Below the pieces are notes generated by a model. The model had not been told where the DNA came from and did not search any database. It saw only the letters and a list, made by a program, of their open reading frames with translations. DNA of 64,000 nucleotides from an uncultured bacterium (lineage in GTDB: Bacteria > Krumholzibacteriota > Krumholzibacteriia > LZORAL124-64-63). The stretch spans positions 320,001-384,000 of the forward strand of contig CAVSGO010000003.1 of the NCBI GenBank assembly GCA_963727525.1, read 5' to 3'. How positions within the stretch are numbered: position 1 is the stretch's first letter; every line of letters starts with the position of its first letter. A program made the position numbers and the translations under genes. Below are positions 17,644 through 27,569 of the stretch, in pieces.

Positions 17644-17850
17644 ATGAATGTCCCCGGTGTGAATACCATCTTGCAACCGTCGGCGACGCCTCGGTCGGCA
17701 GAAGCCTTCCGCGTGTCGGCGCTCCACAGGGCGCAGAGCGCGCAGAAGGCCGAGGGCGAGGCGGCGCTGAAGCTCATCGGCAGCAGTGTCGCGGCGGGCG
17801 TATCGAATAGCGATCCCGACCTCGGCACCCAGGTCGACCGGCGAGCCTGA
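17644..17850 (+). CDS. YjfB-like small protein (putative motility protein family)
   Basis: GGGAGG RBS; VSALHRAQ..QKAEGEAALKLI and terminal LGTQVD.RA pattern. Confidence 0.55.
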   Translation: MNVPGVNTILQPSATPRSAEAFRVSALHRAQSAQKAEGEAALKLIGSSVAAGVSNSDPDLGTQVDRRA

Positions 17851-17902
17851 TCGAGAACGGCCGGCAACTTCCCGGTTGCCGGCCGGATCGTTCGTGGTTA
17901 AC

Positions 17903-17922
17903 ATGCAACCAAATGGTTGCAT
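17903..17922. promoter_or_regulatory. ArsR-type operator palindrome
   Basis: Perfect 8-4-8 inverted repeat ATGCAACC-AAAT-GGTTGCAT directly upstream of the SRPBCC-ArsR pair. Confidence 0.8.
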
Positions 17923-17957
17923 ATAGTGTGCGCCGGTATCGACGGAGGTCGATCGCG

Positions 17958-18410
17958 ATGAGCGATAGAATCGAGCAGCAGATCGAGATCGCGGCACCGG
18001 TCACCCAGGTGTGGCGGGCTCTGACCGATCACGAGGAATTCAACACCTGGTTCCGCGTCGCGCTGGCGGAGCCGTTCGCGGTGGGCAAGACGGCACGCGG
18101 CCACATCACCTACCCCGGCTGGGAACACGTGGTCATCGAGGCCACGGTGACGGCCATCGAACCGGAGCGCTACTTCGCCTACACCTGGCACCCGTACGCC
18201 GTCGATCCCGACGTGGATTACAGCCAGGAACCGCAAACGCTGGTGGAATTCCGGCTGGAACCCATTCCCTCGGGTACGCGCGTCACGGTGACGGAGTCGG
18301 GATTCGATCGGATCCCGCGCCACCGGCGCGACGAGGCCTACCGCAAGAACCACGGCGGCTGGGCGTCGCAACTGCAGAACATCGCGAAGCATGTCACAGC
18401 CAGCTCGTAG
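17958..18410 (+). CDS. SRPBCC (AHSA1/START-like) family protein
   Basis: I.IAAP...VWRALTD..EF..WF, F.YTWHP, T.VEF.LE, GTRVTVTESGF, N.GGW. Confidence 0.9.
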   Translation: MSDRIEQQIEIAAPVTQVWRALTDHEEFNTWFRVALAEPFAVGKTARGHITYPGWEHVVIEATVTAIEPERYFAYTWHPYAVDPDVDYSQEPQTLVEFRLEPIPSGTRVTVTESGFDRIPRHRRDEAYRKNHGGWASQLQNIAKHVTASS

Positions 18411-18756
18411 CTCGAACACGGCGGCGCGCCGGCGGCACGCGGCGGTGCTCGCGGCCCTCGGCCACGAGACGCGCCTCGCCCTCGTCGGTCGCCTGGCGTC
18501 GGGCGAGGCGTGTTCGATCACCCAGCTCTCCCGGCGGACCGGCGTGACGCGCCAGGCCATCACCAAGCACCTGCATGTCCTGGAGCAGGCCGGTGTCGTG
18601 GCCGGAGAGCGGGCCGGGCGGGAGATTCGCTACTCGTACCGCCCCGACCGTATGGTCGCGCTGGGCGAGTACCTCGAGATGATCGCGGCGCAATGGGACC
18701 AGGCCCTCGGCCGCCTCAAGGCCTTCATCGAGGATTCCGCGCCGGACCCGGGGTGA
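18391..18756 (+). CDS. ArsR/SmtB family transcriptional regulator
   Basis: AALGHETRL, TRQAITKHL.VLEQAG, GRE..Y, WD.AL.RLK. Confidence 0.9.
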   Translation: MSQPARSSNTAARRRHAAVLAALGHETRLALVGRLASGEACSITQLSRRTGVTRQAITKHLHVLEQAGVVAGERAGREIRYSYRPDRMVALGEYLEMIAAQWDQALGRLKAFIEDSAPDPG

Positions 18757-18886
18757 GCGGGAACTCGACTGCCGGCCGCGGCGTCCAAGGCGGGCCCTGT
18801 CGGGCTCGCCTGGGCGCCGTTTCGCGTCTATCCTGGCGGGCGTGAGACATCACGGAACCAACCCTCGCAACAAGGAGATCGTGTTC

Positions 18887-19555
18887 ATGAAGAAGCTGCT
18901 GATCGCGACGCTGGTGGTAGCCGTGGCGGGTGCCGCCCTGGCTCAGACCCAGTCGGCTGCCAAGCCGGCAACCGATCCGGCGCTGGCACAGATCGACGCC
19001 TTCATCGCCAAGGCCGACATCGACAAGTCGGCCCCGCAGTGGAAGACCCATCTGCCAAAACCCGAGCAGGCCACCTTCACGAAGGGCACGAAGTACCTGC
19101 TGCACATGCAGACCAACAAGGGCCCGATCACCATCGAGCTGATGCCGCAGGTCGCCCCGATGCACGTCACCAACATGATCTACCTGGCGCGACTCGGCTT
19201 TTACGATGGCCTCAGCTTCCACCGCGTCATTCCCGGCTTCATGGCCCAGGGCGGCGACCCGCAGGGTAACGGCATGGGTGGTCCCGGCTATGGATTCAAC
19301 GGCGAATTCGACAAGTCGGCGAAGCACGACCAGCCCGGCATCCTGTCGATGGCCAACGCCGGCCCGGGCACCGATGGCAGCCAGTTCTTCCTCACCTTCA
19401 AGGAAACGCCCTGGCTCGACGGCAAGCACACCGTCTTCGGCAAGGTCACTGAAGGTATGGACACGCTGAAAAAGCTCGAGGCGGCCGGCACGCCGAGCGG
19501 CACGCCCACCGAGTCGCTGGTGATGGAGAAGGTGACGGTCGAGGCTACCAAGTAA
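18887..19555 (+). CDS. Periplasmic cyclophilin-type peptidyl-prolyl cis-trans isomerase
   Basis: FYDGLSFHRVIPGFMAQGGDP, LSMANAGPGTDGSQFF, WLDGKHTVFG; signal peptide. Confidence 0.96.
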   Translation: MKKLLIATLVVAVAGAALAQTQSAAKPATDPALAQIDAFIAKADIDKSAPQWKTHLPKPEQATFTKGTKYLLHMQTNKGPITIELMPQVAPMHVTNMIYLARLGFYDGLSFHRVIPGFMAQGGDPQGNGMGGPGYGFNGEFDKSAKHDQPGILSMANAGPGTDGSQFFLTFKETPWLDGKHTVFGKVTEGMDTLKKLEAAGTPSGTPTESLVMEKVTVEATK

Positions 19556-19581
19556 GGATGCAACACCGATCGGCGCGCTGT

Positions 19582-19610
19582 GACGGCCCCGGGGCGAGAC
19601 CGGGGCCGTC
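19582..19610. terminator. Hairpin between convergent genes
   Basis: 11-bp stem GACGGCCCCGG / CCGGGGCCGTC. Confidence 0.65.
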
Positions 19611-19634
19611 GTCATGTCCGGCTTCGTGCGATGG

Positions 19635-21395
19635 CTACCGCACGAGCTGCACGCGGCCGCGGATGCGGCCTGACGCGTTCTCCACCAGATAGACGCCGCT
19701 GGGTGCCGGGTCGCCCGCGCGATCACGGCCATCCCAGCGGGCCTGCCAGCCGTCACCGTCGGTGGCGGGATTCAACACGCGCACGAGCCGGCCGCCGACG
19801 TCGTAGACCCGTAGCCCCGTGGCGCCGGGGCGAGCGTTGGCGAGGGCGAAGCGTGTGTCGCCGTGCGAGGGGTTGGGCCAGATGCGCAGGGAGGCGCCGC
19901 GTAACGTCGGCGCCGGGGCGCCGGTCACGCCGCCGTCCTCGACCACCGTGAGCGTCTGCCCCGTCGGCGTGTCGGCGAGGTCCTGCACGATGTGGCCGCC
20001 CTGGGAGCCGGGCCAGGTGATGCGCAGATCGACGGTTGCCTGCCCAGGCAGTGCGAACACGGCCTCGGGCGCGTTCTGGCTGGCGAAGCCGCCGGTGGCC
20101 TGCAGCTCGCGTACCGCGAGGAGGGAGGCCGGATCGCCGAGGTGTCCGGACGGGAATGCGGCAATCCGAGCCCCCACACCGTCGCGATTGGAATAGCCCG
20201 CGCCCATGTCGGCGACGCGGCCTTGCAGGCGGATACGCAGCGCGTCGCTGCCCACGCCGTCGTGCGCATAGAGGTAGTTCTGCGCCGGCGAGTGCTCGTT
20301 GCCGCAGGCCAGATCGAGGTCGCCGTCGGCGTCGGCGTCGGCCCAGGCCACGGCGTCGGTGCTGCCCTGGCCGAACGCCGCCGATTCCGTGAACACGCCG
20401 CTGCCGTCGTTCAGGTAGAGATCGTTGAGGTCGGCGCTGCTGAAGTCGCCATTGCCCACGGCCACGTCGAGGTCGCCGTCGCCGTCCGCGTCGCCCCAGT
20501 TCAGGGTGTTGGTGTCGCGCGCGCCGAAGGCGTCGCCGCCGGTGAAGTTTCCAGCGCCGTCGTTGAGGTAGAGGCGATTGCGGCCGCCGTTCCAGTTGCC
20601 GACGGCCAGATCGATGTCGCCGTCGGCGTCGGCGTCGGCCCAGGAGAGGCTGGCCGAGTCGCCGTCGCCGAATTCGAGGCGCGCGGTGAACGTGCCGTCG
20701 CCATTGTTGACGTAGAGTGCGTTCGTCTCCTCGTGGTGGAAGCCGCCGTTGGCCACGGCGAGGTCGGGATCGCCGTCGCCGTCGACGTCGGCCCAGGCCA
20801 CGGATCCGGTCTCGCCCACGCCGAACTCGTCACGCTCGGTGAAGGTACCGTCGCCATTGTTCACGAAGAGCTGGTTCTGTTCAGGGGTGCCGAGGATGCC
20901 GTTGCCGACGGCGAGGTCGAGGTCGCCGTCGCGGTCGAAATCAGCAAAGGCCATGGCCGTGGTGCCGGCCGCGCCGAACTGGGCCTGAGCCACGAAGGTG
21001 CCGTCGCCATTGTTGAGGTAGAGCGCGTTCGCTTCGCCGGAACCGTTGCCGACGGCGAGGTCGGAGTCGCCGTCGTTGTCGACATCGCCCCAGACGACGG
21101 CGAAGGTGGCGCCGCTGCCACCGCCGAAGTTCGGCTCCTCCGTGAATTGCCCCGTGCCGTCGTTGCGATACAGGGCGTTGGGTTCCCCGTAGTTGACGAC
21201 GGCGAGGTCCCAGTCGCCATCGCCGTCGCAGTCGCCCCAGGCCACGGCGATGGTGGCTCCTGTGCCGAAGGCGGGCGACTCGGTGTACTGGGCATTCGCG
21301 CGGTCGCCCGCGAGGAAAATCGCGGTCGCCACGAGTGCAACCGCGAGCAAGGGGACCCGGCCATGCGCGAGTCCAGGGGTATCAAAGGCGTGCAT
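19635..21395 (-). CDS. Secreted FG-GAP/VCBS-repeat (CRTAC1/ASPIC-UnbV-like) protein with C-terminal FlgD-Ig domain
   Basis: 7 repeats of (G/A)DxDxDGDxDL..N...[15 protein letters not shown]...GGFASQ...WP ASPIC/UnbV-like part; WPNP...YDVGGRLVR...WDGRD...SGVY tail. Confidence 0.88.
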   Translation of the reverse strand: MHAFDTPGLAHGRVPLLAVALVATAIFLAGDRANAQYTESPAFGTGATIAVAWGDCDGDGDWDLAVVNYGEPNALYRNDGTGQFTEEPNFGGGSGATFAVVWGDVDNDGDSDLAVGNGSGEANALYLNNGDGTFVAQAQFGAAGTTAMAFADFDRDGDLDLAVGNGILGTPEQNQLFVNNGDGTFTERDEFGVGETGSVAWADVDGDGDPDLAVANGGFHHEETNALYVNNGDGTFTARLEFGDGDSASLSWADADADGDIDLAVGNWNGGRNRLYLNDGAGNFTGGDAFGARDTNTLNWGDADGDGDLDVAVGNGDFSSADLNDLYLNDGSGVFTESAAFGQGSTDAVAWADADADGDLDLACGNEHSPAQNYLYAHDGVGSDALRIRLQGRVADMGAGYSNRDGVGARIAAFPSGHLGDPASLLAVRELQATGGFASQNAPEAVFALPGQATVDLRITWPGSQGGHIVQDLADTPTGQTLTVVEDGGVTGAPAPTLRGASLRIWPNPSHGDTRFALANARPGATGLRVYDVGGRLVRVLNPATDGDGWQARWDGRDRAGDPAPSGVYLVENASGRIRGRVQLVR

Positions 21396-21632
21396 GCAAT
21401 CTCCTTTCCAACCGGCCACGGCATCCGGAAGAGTACCGGGCAACGGAGCCGATGATGAGCAACGTTTCTGGATACGTTATATAGCAACGAGAAACATCTG
21501 GCAATGGCAAGGGGAAATTGTTATGATGGAGCTGAATACGTTCATTCTGCAGGGGTCGGCCGTGTTTTCAGGTTGTCTGGCCCGGACCTGCGAGACTCAA
21601 CGAGCAACGCGCCACATTCCGGGAGTCGGCCC

Positions 21633-23264
21633 ATGGACCAGCATCAGCCCCCCGCGAACCTGCCCGCCGGGTATCGGCCGGTGTGGACCGCGGTCGCCGA
21701 GGCGGATCGGCGGCTCCGGTCGCGGCGGCAGCTTGCGGCCGAACTGGGCATGAGTACCCACACCCTCCAGCGCCTCCTAGTGGACGGCGACGTGCCCGAT
21801 TTCCAACAGCCGCAGAGCACGCGGCTGCAACGGTCGTGGACGGCGATCCTCTCGCGCCTCGCGCGTTACTTCGGACAGGATCCGCGAGCGTGGGTCGGCG
21901 GCGTGGGGCTGAGCGCGGACGCGGTGATGGCAGGTGAGCCCGCCGCACCGGAATCGCCGCGCCCGGGGACCTCGGCGCCACCGCCGGCGCTGACCGTCGG
22001 CCTGGCCACCGTGGGCGCGTCGGGCGGTGCCGACGATCGAGGTCCGCGTTCATTCATGGGACGCCTCGCCCGCCTCGCGCTCGGGGCCCACGATCCGGAC
22101 ATCGTGCTCACCACCGTCGCCAGCGCCGAGTCCGCTCTTTTCGCTCGACTCGCTTCGCGGGGGGCGGACCTGCACGCCGCCCTCGGGATCCACGACCTAC
22201 CATCGCGGCCGGCGCTGAACGGGCGCGCGGTGCCCATCCCTGGTTTGAGGGTTTCATTGGCCGCGATCGTGGTCCAGCAGCCGGACGCCGGGGCCGCGCC
22301 GCTCGCGTGGCGTGACGCCGTGGCCTCGCCCGCCACGCTCTTCGTCGCCGTCCGCGATGGTGTGGCGCACCACATGCTGGCCGGGGCCTGGGGAATTCCG
22401 CCCGCAGGCTTGCATCTCGTCGGTCACGACGATCCGGACGCGATCGCCGCGCGCGCTATCGAGTTTCTCGACGCGAACGCCGCGCGGTCGCCGGTCCTCG
22501 TGGGCGACATCGCGACGCTGCGTCAGGTGACCGATGCCATCGAGCAGGGCGCATCATCCCTCGTGGTGAGCGAGGTACGCGATTTCGCCGGCCTGGCTCC
22601 GCGCTATCCGCTAGCGATCGCCGCCGGCGATGCGTTGCCTGGCGGTGCGACGCGCCTCGCCGAGGCCATGGCGCGCGTGGTCTACGGCTCCAGTCTGCGC
22701 GAGACGGCGCAACTCTACGCCGAACTCCTCGCGGCGGACGACCACCGAGTGCGATTTGCCGTACCGGCGGGCTGGCGCGCGGTGGAGCCGGCCTGGGAAC
22801 TCACCGCGTTCGCCGAGGCCGATCGTGAATTCCGCGGTGTGGCCTGCCGCCACCTCCTGCACCTTCTGAGTGACGACGTGGTGGCGACACGAACGACCGA
22901 CGCTCGCCATCTCGCCGCGCGCTGGGCGGAACAGCGGGCGGCTCTGCTCGTCCCTGCCGCCTGGCGCCGCACGCTGCGCCGGGAAATTGCGCACCTGCGC
23001 CAGGAGACTCCCAACGACGGTGTGGTGGCGACGCTCCTGTGCCTCTCGTGCAATGCCGACCTGCTCGACGCCGACAATCGCGGTCGCGCGTCCACCTACT
23101 GCCGACATTGCGCCGACGCGCAGGGCAGGCTCCGGCCACGCTCCGAGGTGCGGCAGGTCCTGGCGCGGTGGATGCGCCACGCGCGTCCGCAGCTCTCCCA
23201 CGCCGAGTCCGAGCGGCGCGCCGACGCCTACATGGTCGCCATGCCGGCGTGGCGCGCGGCGTAA
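21633..23264 (+). CDS. Putative regulator: N-terminal HTH, central SBP-like domain, C-terminal zinc-ribbon
   Basis: SRRQLAAELGMSTHTLQRLL HTH; C-terminal CLSC...YCRHC...MPAW resembling the Zn_ribbon_2 family; GGGAG RBS. Confidence 0.65.
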   Translation: MDQHQPPANLPAGYRPVWTAVAEADRRLRSRRQLAAELGMSTHTLQRLLVDGDVPDFQQPQSTRLQRSWTAILSRLARYFGQDPRAWVGGVGLSADAVMAGEPAAPESPRPGTSAPPPALTVGLATVGASGGADDRGPRSFMGRLARLALGAHDPDIVLTTVASAESALFARLASRGADLHAALGIHDLPSRPALNGRAVPIPGLRVSLAAIVVQQPDAGAAPLAWRDAVASPATLFVAVRDGVAHHMLAGAWGIPPAGLHLVGHDDPDAIAARAIEFLDANAARSPVLVGDIATLRQVTDAIEQGASSLVVSEVRDFAGLAPRYPLAIAAGDALPGGATRLAEAMARVVYGSSLRETAQLYAELLAADDHRVRFAVPAGWRAVEPAWELTAFAEADREFRGVACRHLLHLLSDDVVATRTTDARHLAARWAEQRAALLVPAAWRRTLRREIAHLRQETPNDGVVATLLCLSCNADLLDADNRGRASTYCRHCADAQGRLRPRSEVRQVLARWMRHARPQLSHAESERRADAYMVAMPAWRAA

Positions 23265-23297
23265 CTCAGACGCTAGATCTCATGATTTGACAACCGG

Positions 23298-23326
23298 TTG
23301 ACGGGTTCCATCGCGGCCGATACACT
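23298..23326 (+). promoter_or_regulatory. Sigma70-type promoter
   Basis: TTGACG-17 nt-TACACT upstream of the lipoprotein gene. Confidence 0.55.
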
Positions 23327-23350
23327 TCTCATACCCCGAGCCGAGGAGCC

Positions 23351-24127
23351 GTGATGCTGCACGACCACCGTCGATCCGCCATCCTGCCGCTGATTCTGCT
23401 CATCGGCCTCGCGTCGTGCGGTGGCGACGATCATCCCTCGCGCCCGGCGCCATTCGCGGTCAAGATCACGGTGATCGACTCGCTCGGCAACGCGGTGTCC
23501 GGACTCTCCCTGGACGCGTTGCCTGACACGCCGTACTACCAGGACGGCGCGCCGCAGCCCGCGCCGCCCCCCATGCCACCCAGCGAACTGCGGGCCCCGT
23601 ATCCTAACCCTTTCTATCCCACCGTGCGCATGGATTTCGTACTCACCGACACGAGCCACGTGATCCTGACCGTCGCCGACGTCGCCGGCGCCGAGTACCG
23701 CCCCGTCGTCGATGACACGCTGCCGGGCGGCTCGTTTGCGACGATCTGGCCAGGTCGCGATGCGAACGACGATCCCGCACCTTCGGGCATCTACTATGCG
23801 CACCTTGTCGTCCGCGATCCCGCGAGCGACACCGTCGAGCTGGACCAGCGACAGCCGATGCTACTCGCGAGATTTGGCAACGACGACGACCGTGTCGGCA
23901 TCACGGATGCCCACGGCACGGTCGTACTCGACGACGAGCGCCTGTTCCCATACCTCTACGACGTGCCCCCGTTCGATGCCCTCGACGAGGCCGCCAACCC
24001 CGTGGGCCTCGTCACGCTCACGCCCACGATGCGCTTTTACCTCTTCGCCGCCGACGGCAGCCACCACATGCGCTTCGACCGCGACGTCACCGGCAGCGCG
24101 AATTTCACGTTCGTGTGGGACCGATAG
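23351..24127 (+). CDS. Lipoprotein with an internal FlgD-Ig-like domain
   Basis: Lipobox LASC; central YPNPF...WPGRD...PSGIYY; about 100 aa further C-terminal; GAGGAG RBS. Confidence 0.75.
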   Translation: MMLHDHRRSAILPLILLIGLASCGGDDHPSRPAPFAVKITVIDSLGNAVSGLSLDALPDTPYYQDGAPQPAPPPMPPSELRAPYPNPFYPTVRMDFVLTDTSHVILTVADVAGAEYRPVVDDTLPGGSFATIWPGRDANDDPAPSGIYYAHLVVRDPASDTVELDQRQPMLLARFGNDDDRVGITDAHGTVVLDDERLFPYLYDVPPFDALDEAANPVGLVTLTPTMRFYLFAADGSHHMRFDRDVTGSANFTFVWDR

Positions 24128-24361
24128 CCGTCGGGACGTGCCGACGCCCGTGCGCGATGCGAATGGCGAGCCGAGGGATGCCGTGACTCGTAGGGGACCA
24201 TGCGTTCCTTTCGATCCGCGCTGCCTTGCGATCGGCACGGTCGGCCGCGCATGGTGTCCGCTCCCATCGCCTGCCCAAGTCGATCATCTGTAATGACCTA
24301 GGCCGAACCGTCGGAGCTGGCACGATCATGTCTCCGCGTGCTTCCCAGAAAAGGAGGCGCC

Positions 24362-25144
24362 ATGCATATCATTGCCATCGCCATGACCAAGGGGGGCGTG
24401 GGCAAGACGACCACGGCCGTGAATCTGTCGCACGGGCTCGCCAGGCGGGGGCATCGGGTGCTGCTCGTGGACGCCGACACGCAGGGGCAGTGCGCCAAGG
24501 CACTCGGGGTGACCGGGGAGGTCACGCTGGCCGATGTCTTGCAGGGGAAGGCGGAGATCCTCGAGGCCGTCACCCGGGCTCGGGACAAGCTCGATCTCGT
24601 GCCCAGCGACCACCAGCTCTGTGCAGCGGCGCTGGCGATCGCGCGGCGCAGCATTGACGGGCACCGCGTACTGGGCGATGCCCTGGCGTCGGCGGCATCG
24701 CGCTACGACTACTGCGTGATCGACGCGTCGCCCGGTGTGGACGCCGTGGCCGTGAACGTGCTGGGTTGCGCGCACGAGGTGATCGCACCTGTCGCACTCA
24801 ATCCGGCGGCGCTGGCGAGCGTGGTGGATTTCGTGCGGCATGTGCAGCGCGTGGCAAAGCACAACGAGGACCTGCGCCTGCGCGCGATGCTGCCCACGTT
24901 CCTCGATCTGCGCACCCACCAGTCGGGCCAGGTGCTCGATCAGTTGCGGGAGACCTTCGGTAGCCTGGTGTGGCCGCCCATCCGCGTGAACGTGGACCTG
25001 GCCGAGGCATTCGGGTGGCACGAGACCATCTTCGAGCGCGCGCCGAACTCGCGCGGCGCGGTGGATTATACGGCGCTGGTGGCAAGGGTGGAACGCCACG
25101 CGTCTGCGGTGTCTGCGCCGCTGGACGCCGTGCGGCCGGTCTGA
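24362..25144 (+). CDS. ParA/Soj family ATPase (orphan)
   Basis: KGGVGKTT deviant Walker A, VD.D.QG, YDYCVID.SP, IR.NV.LAEA, S.GA.DY. Confidence 0.92.
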   Translation: MHIIAIAMTKGGVGKTTTAVNLSHGLARRGHRVLLVDADTQGQCAKALGVTGEVTLADVLQGKAEILEAVTRARDKLDLVPSDHQLCAAALAIARRSIDGHRVLGDALASAASRYDYCVIDASPGVDAVAVNVLGCAHEVIAPVALNPAALASVVDFVRHVQRVAKHNEDLRLRAMLPTFLDLRTHQSGQVLDQLRETFGSLVWPPIRVNVDLAEAFGWHETIFERAPNSRGAVDYTALVARVERHASAVSAPLDAVRPV

Positions 25145-25228
25145 TACACTCGCCGCCGTTCCCGTTCGAGACGATGCTCATGAACGGCGCCACCTCGCGG
25201 GCGGTGGGCCAGGCTGGAGACTCATCGC

Positions 25229-26185
25229 ATGGCGCAGCTGTACCGGAGGAAGATCCGTCCCTTGCTCAAGGGCATGCGAACTTGGGTCGGTCCGAATCGC
25301 GATTTCCATACCACCCGCGGCACTGACCGTCCAGAGTATTGCTACTCCGTATGGTTGCGGCACCTCGCCCTCGCCGCCCAGCACGGATTGACCTCCGTAC
25401 CGCGCAACGTCGCCGAGATCGGACCTGGCGATTCTCTCGGCATCGGCCTGGCGGCGCTGATCAGCGGTGTCGAGCGCTATGCCGGATTCGACGTGGTGGA
25501 GTACGCGTCGACATCCCGCAACCTCCCGATTTTCGATGCCCTGGTGCCGATGTTCGCGCAGCGACAGCCAGTGCCCGGACCCGATGCCCTGCCCTTCGTG
25601 CTGCCTCGCCTCGCGACCTGGGAATTCCCCGCGCAGCTCGGGAGTCTCGGTGCACTCGACGACGCGCTGCGTCCCGAGCGGATCGCGACACTGCGCCGGA
25701 CGCTGGAGCAACTCCGCACCAACGCCGGACGCGACGAAGCCATCCGCTACGTCTGCCCGTGGGAAGATCCTGGCATCCTGGAGCCGGAGAGCATCGACTT
25801 CGTGTTCGCCCAGGCCGTCTTCGAGCACGTGAACGACATCGATCACACGTACCGTTCACTCGCGAAGTGGCTGCGTCCGGGCGCGCTGTTCTCTCAGGTG
25901 GTGGACTTCACGTCGCACAGCATCGTGCCGGACTGGAACGGCCACTGGTCCTTCAGTCCATTCGCGTGGCGCATGCTCGTGGGACGCCGGACCTACCTCA
26001 TCAACCGCCACACGCTGGGCGACCATCTGCGGTCGCTCGCGGGTGCGGGCCTCGAGGTCGTGCACGCGATCCGGTATCATCGCGAGCCGGATCTGCCCGC
26101 GCATCGCCTTGCGAAGCCGTTTCGTGAGGCGGATCCCGAGGATCTCCGGACCTACGCCGCATACATCCTGGCGCGCAAGACCTAG
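25229..26185 (+). CDS. SAM-dependent methyltransferase
   Basis: EIGPGDSLG motif I, D.VF.QAVFEHV, LRPG. Confidence 0.8.
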   Translation: MAQLYRRKIRPLLKGMRTWVGPNRDFHTTRGTDRPEYCYSVWLRHLALAAQHGLTSVPRNVAEIGPGDSLGIGLAALISGVERYAGFDVVEYASTSRNLPIFDALVPMFAQRQPVPGPDALPFVLPRLATWEFPAQLGSLGALDDALRPERIATLRRTLEQLRTNAGRDEAIRYVCPWEDPGILEPESIDFVFAQAVFEHVNDIDHTYRSLAKWLRPGALFSQVVDFTSHSIVPDWNGHWSFSPFAWRMLVGRRTYLINRHTLGDHLRSLAGAGLEVVHAIRYHREPDLPAHRLAKPFREADPEDLRTYAAYILARKT

Positions 26186-26188
26186 CTG

Positions 26189-27421
26189 TCAACGCGACGC
26201 CGGCCTCGACGCGGCCGCGACCCGCGCGAAGAATGCACACAGCTTTGCGGTCTCCGTCGTCAGGTCGAACGCCGCTTCGATCTTGCGGCGGGCGGCATTC
26301 GCAAGCGTTGCGCGCAGCTTCGGATCGTGGGCGAGACGTTCGATGGCGCGAGCCAGGGCCGTGGCATCGCCGGGGGCCACGAGCACGCCCTCGTTGCCGT
26401 CGTCGATGAGTTCGGGGATCCCAGAGACCTCGGTCGACACGACAGGACACCCGACGGCCATCGCCTCCATGAGCGACACGGGAATACCGTCGATGTCACC
26501 GTCGGTTGCCGGGATCGACGGCAGGACGAAGATGTCCGCGACGGCGAGCATCTCCTTGATCCGGACCTGCGGGAGACCGCCGGTGTACGCCACGCGGTCG
26601 GCGATGCCGAGCCGCGCGGCCTGAGACCGCAACGCTGCGCCTTCGGGCCCATCGCCGACGATGGTGGCGCGCCACGGTACTGTGGCGGCATCGAGGCGTG
26701 CGAGGGCTTCCAGGAGGACATGAAATCCCTTCTTCGCGACATACCGGCCCACACCCAAGACGGCGATCTCGTCGTGTTCGCCCGGCGGTGTGCGAAATGG
26801 AAACGCTGCACTGTCGATCCCGCAGTGGACGAGCACCGTCCGCTCCTGGACGGGCTCCAGGCTGACATAGTGGCGCCGGTTGTACTCGGAGATGCAGACG
26901 ACGCCCGAAGCGTGGCGCAGTTTCGGCCGGAGCGCGGAATGATCCCGATAGACGTCGGCCCCGTGGCCCGTGAAGGTGTAGGGAATCCCTGTCAGCATGC
27001 CCAGAAACATGGCGAAGGTCGTCGGCGGCGAGGCGAAATGGGCGTGGATGAGATCGTAGCGGCCATCGCGGACGGCTTTCTCGAGGGTCGTCGCCACGGC
27101 GAGTTGATAGATGAGCTTGCCCTTGATGAGGACACCATCGTCTTGGTCGGCCAGGGCCGAGCGTAAGACGCGCCACGTCGTCCGGGGCCGGGTGACGAGG
27201 CGAGCCATCAGGGACCCCAGCGCCACCAGACCGTTGACGGGATAGACGTAGCGACAGCCGCTGAGATCGCACTCGGGTGCCTCGGACCTTGCGGCGGGGG
27301 GAATGCGGCGCAGAGCGAGCAGGTCGACCTGCTCGCCCGCGCGCCTCACCTGCGCGATCTCGCGCGTGATGAACGTGTGGGTCCGGGTCTCGAAATTCGT
27401 TGTCACGTAGAGTATGCGCAC
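26189..27421 (-). CDS. Glycosyltransferase family 4 (WcaL-like)
   Basis: TFITREI, HAHFA, TGHG.D, VGR.V.KKG, DGIPVSLMEAMA; probable GTG start at 27421 (ORF extends to 27535). Confidence 0.9.
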   Translation of the reverse strand: MRILYVTTNFETRTHTFITREIAQVRRAGEQVDLLALRRIPPAARSEAPECDLSGCRYVYPVNGLVALGSLMARLVTRPRTTWRVLRSALADQDDGVLIKGKLIYQLAVATTLEKAVRDGRYDLIHAHFASPPTTFAMFLGMLTGIPYTFTGHGADVYRDHSALRPKLRHASGVVCISEYNRRHYVSLEPVQERTVLVHCGIDSAAFPFRTPPGEHDEIAVLGVGRYVAKKGFHVLLEALARLDAATVPWRATIVGDGPEGAALRSQAARLGIADRVAYTGGLPQVRIKEMLAVADIFVLPSIPATDGDIDGIPVSLMEAMAVGCPVVSTEVSGIPELIDDGNEGVLVAPGDATALARAIERLAHDPKLRATLANAARRKIEAAFDLTTETAKLCAFFARVAAASRPASR

Positions 27422-27569
27422 GTCGCTCCGGTCAGCGCAGCACCGAAATGCTACGTCTGGAGAGGCCTCCGCTTCGGCATGGGCTCCGATGGGAGATCCA
27501 GGGTAATAAGGCCTTGCGGCCTCGTCAATCACCACCGTTACAGCGAGTTAGCGTGCATCGGTGTCCCGG

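Noticed and set aside
20300-21250. Periodic GTCGCCGTCG repeats resembling an array
   Set aside because: They encode FG-GAP DxDxDG loops; not CRISPR (no constant repeat with unique spacers)
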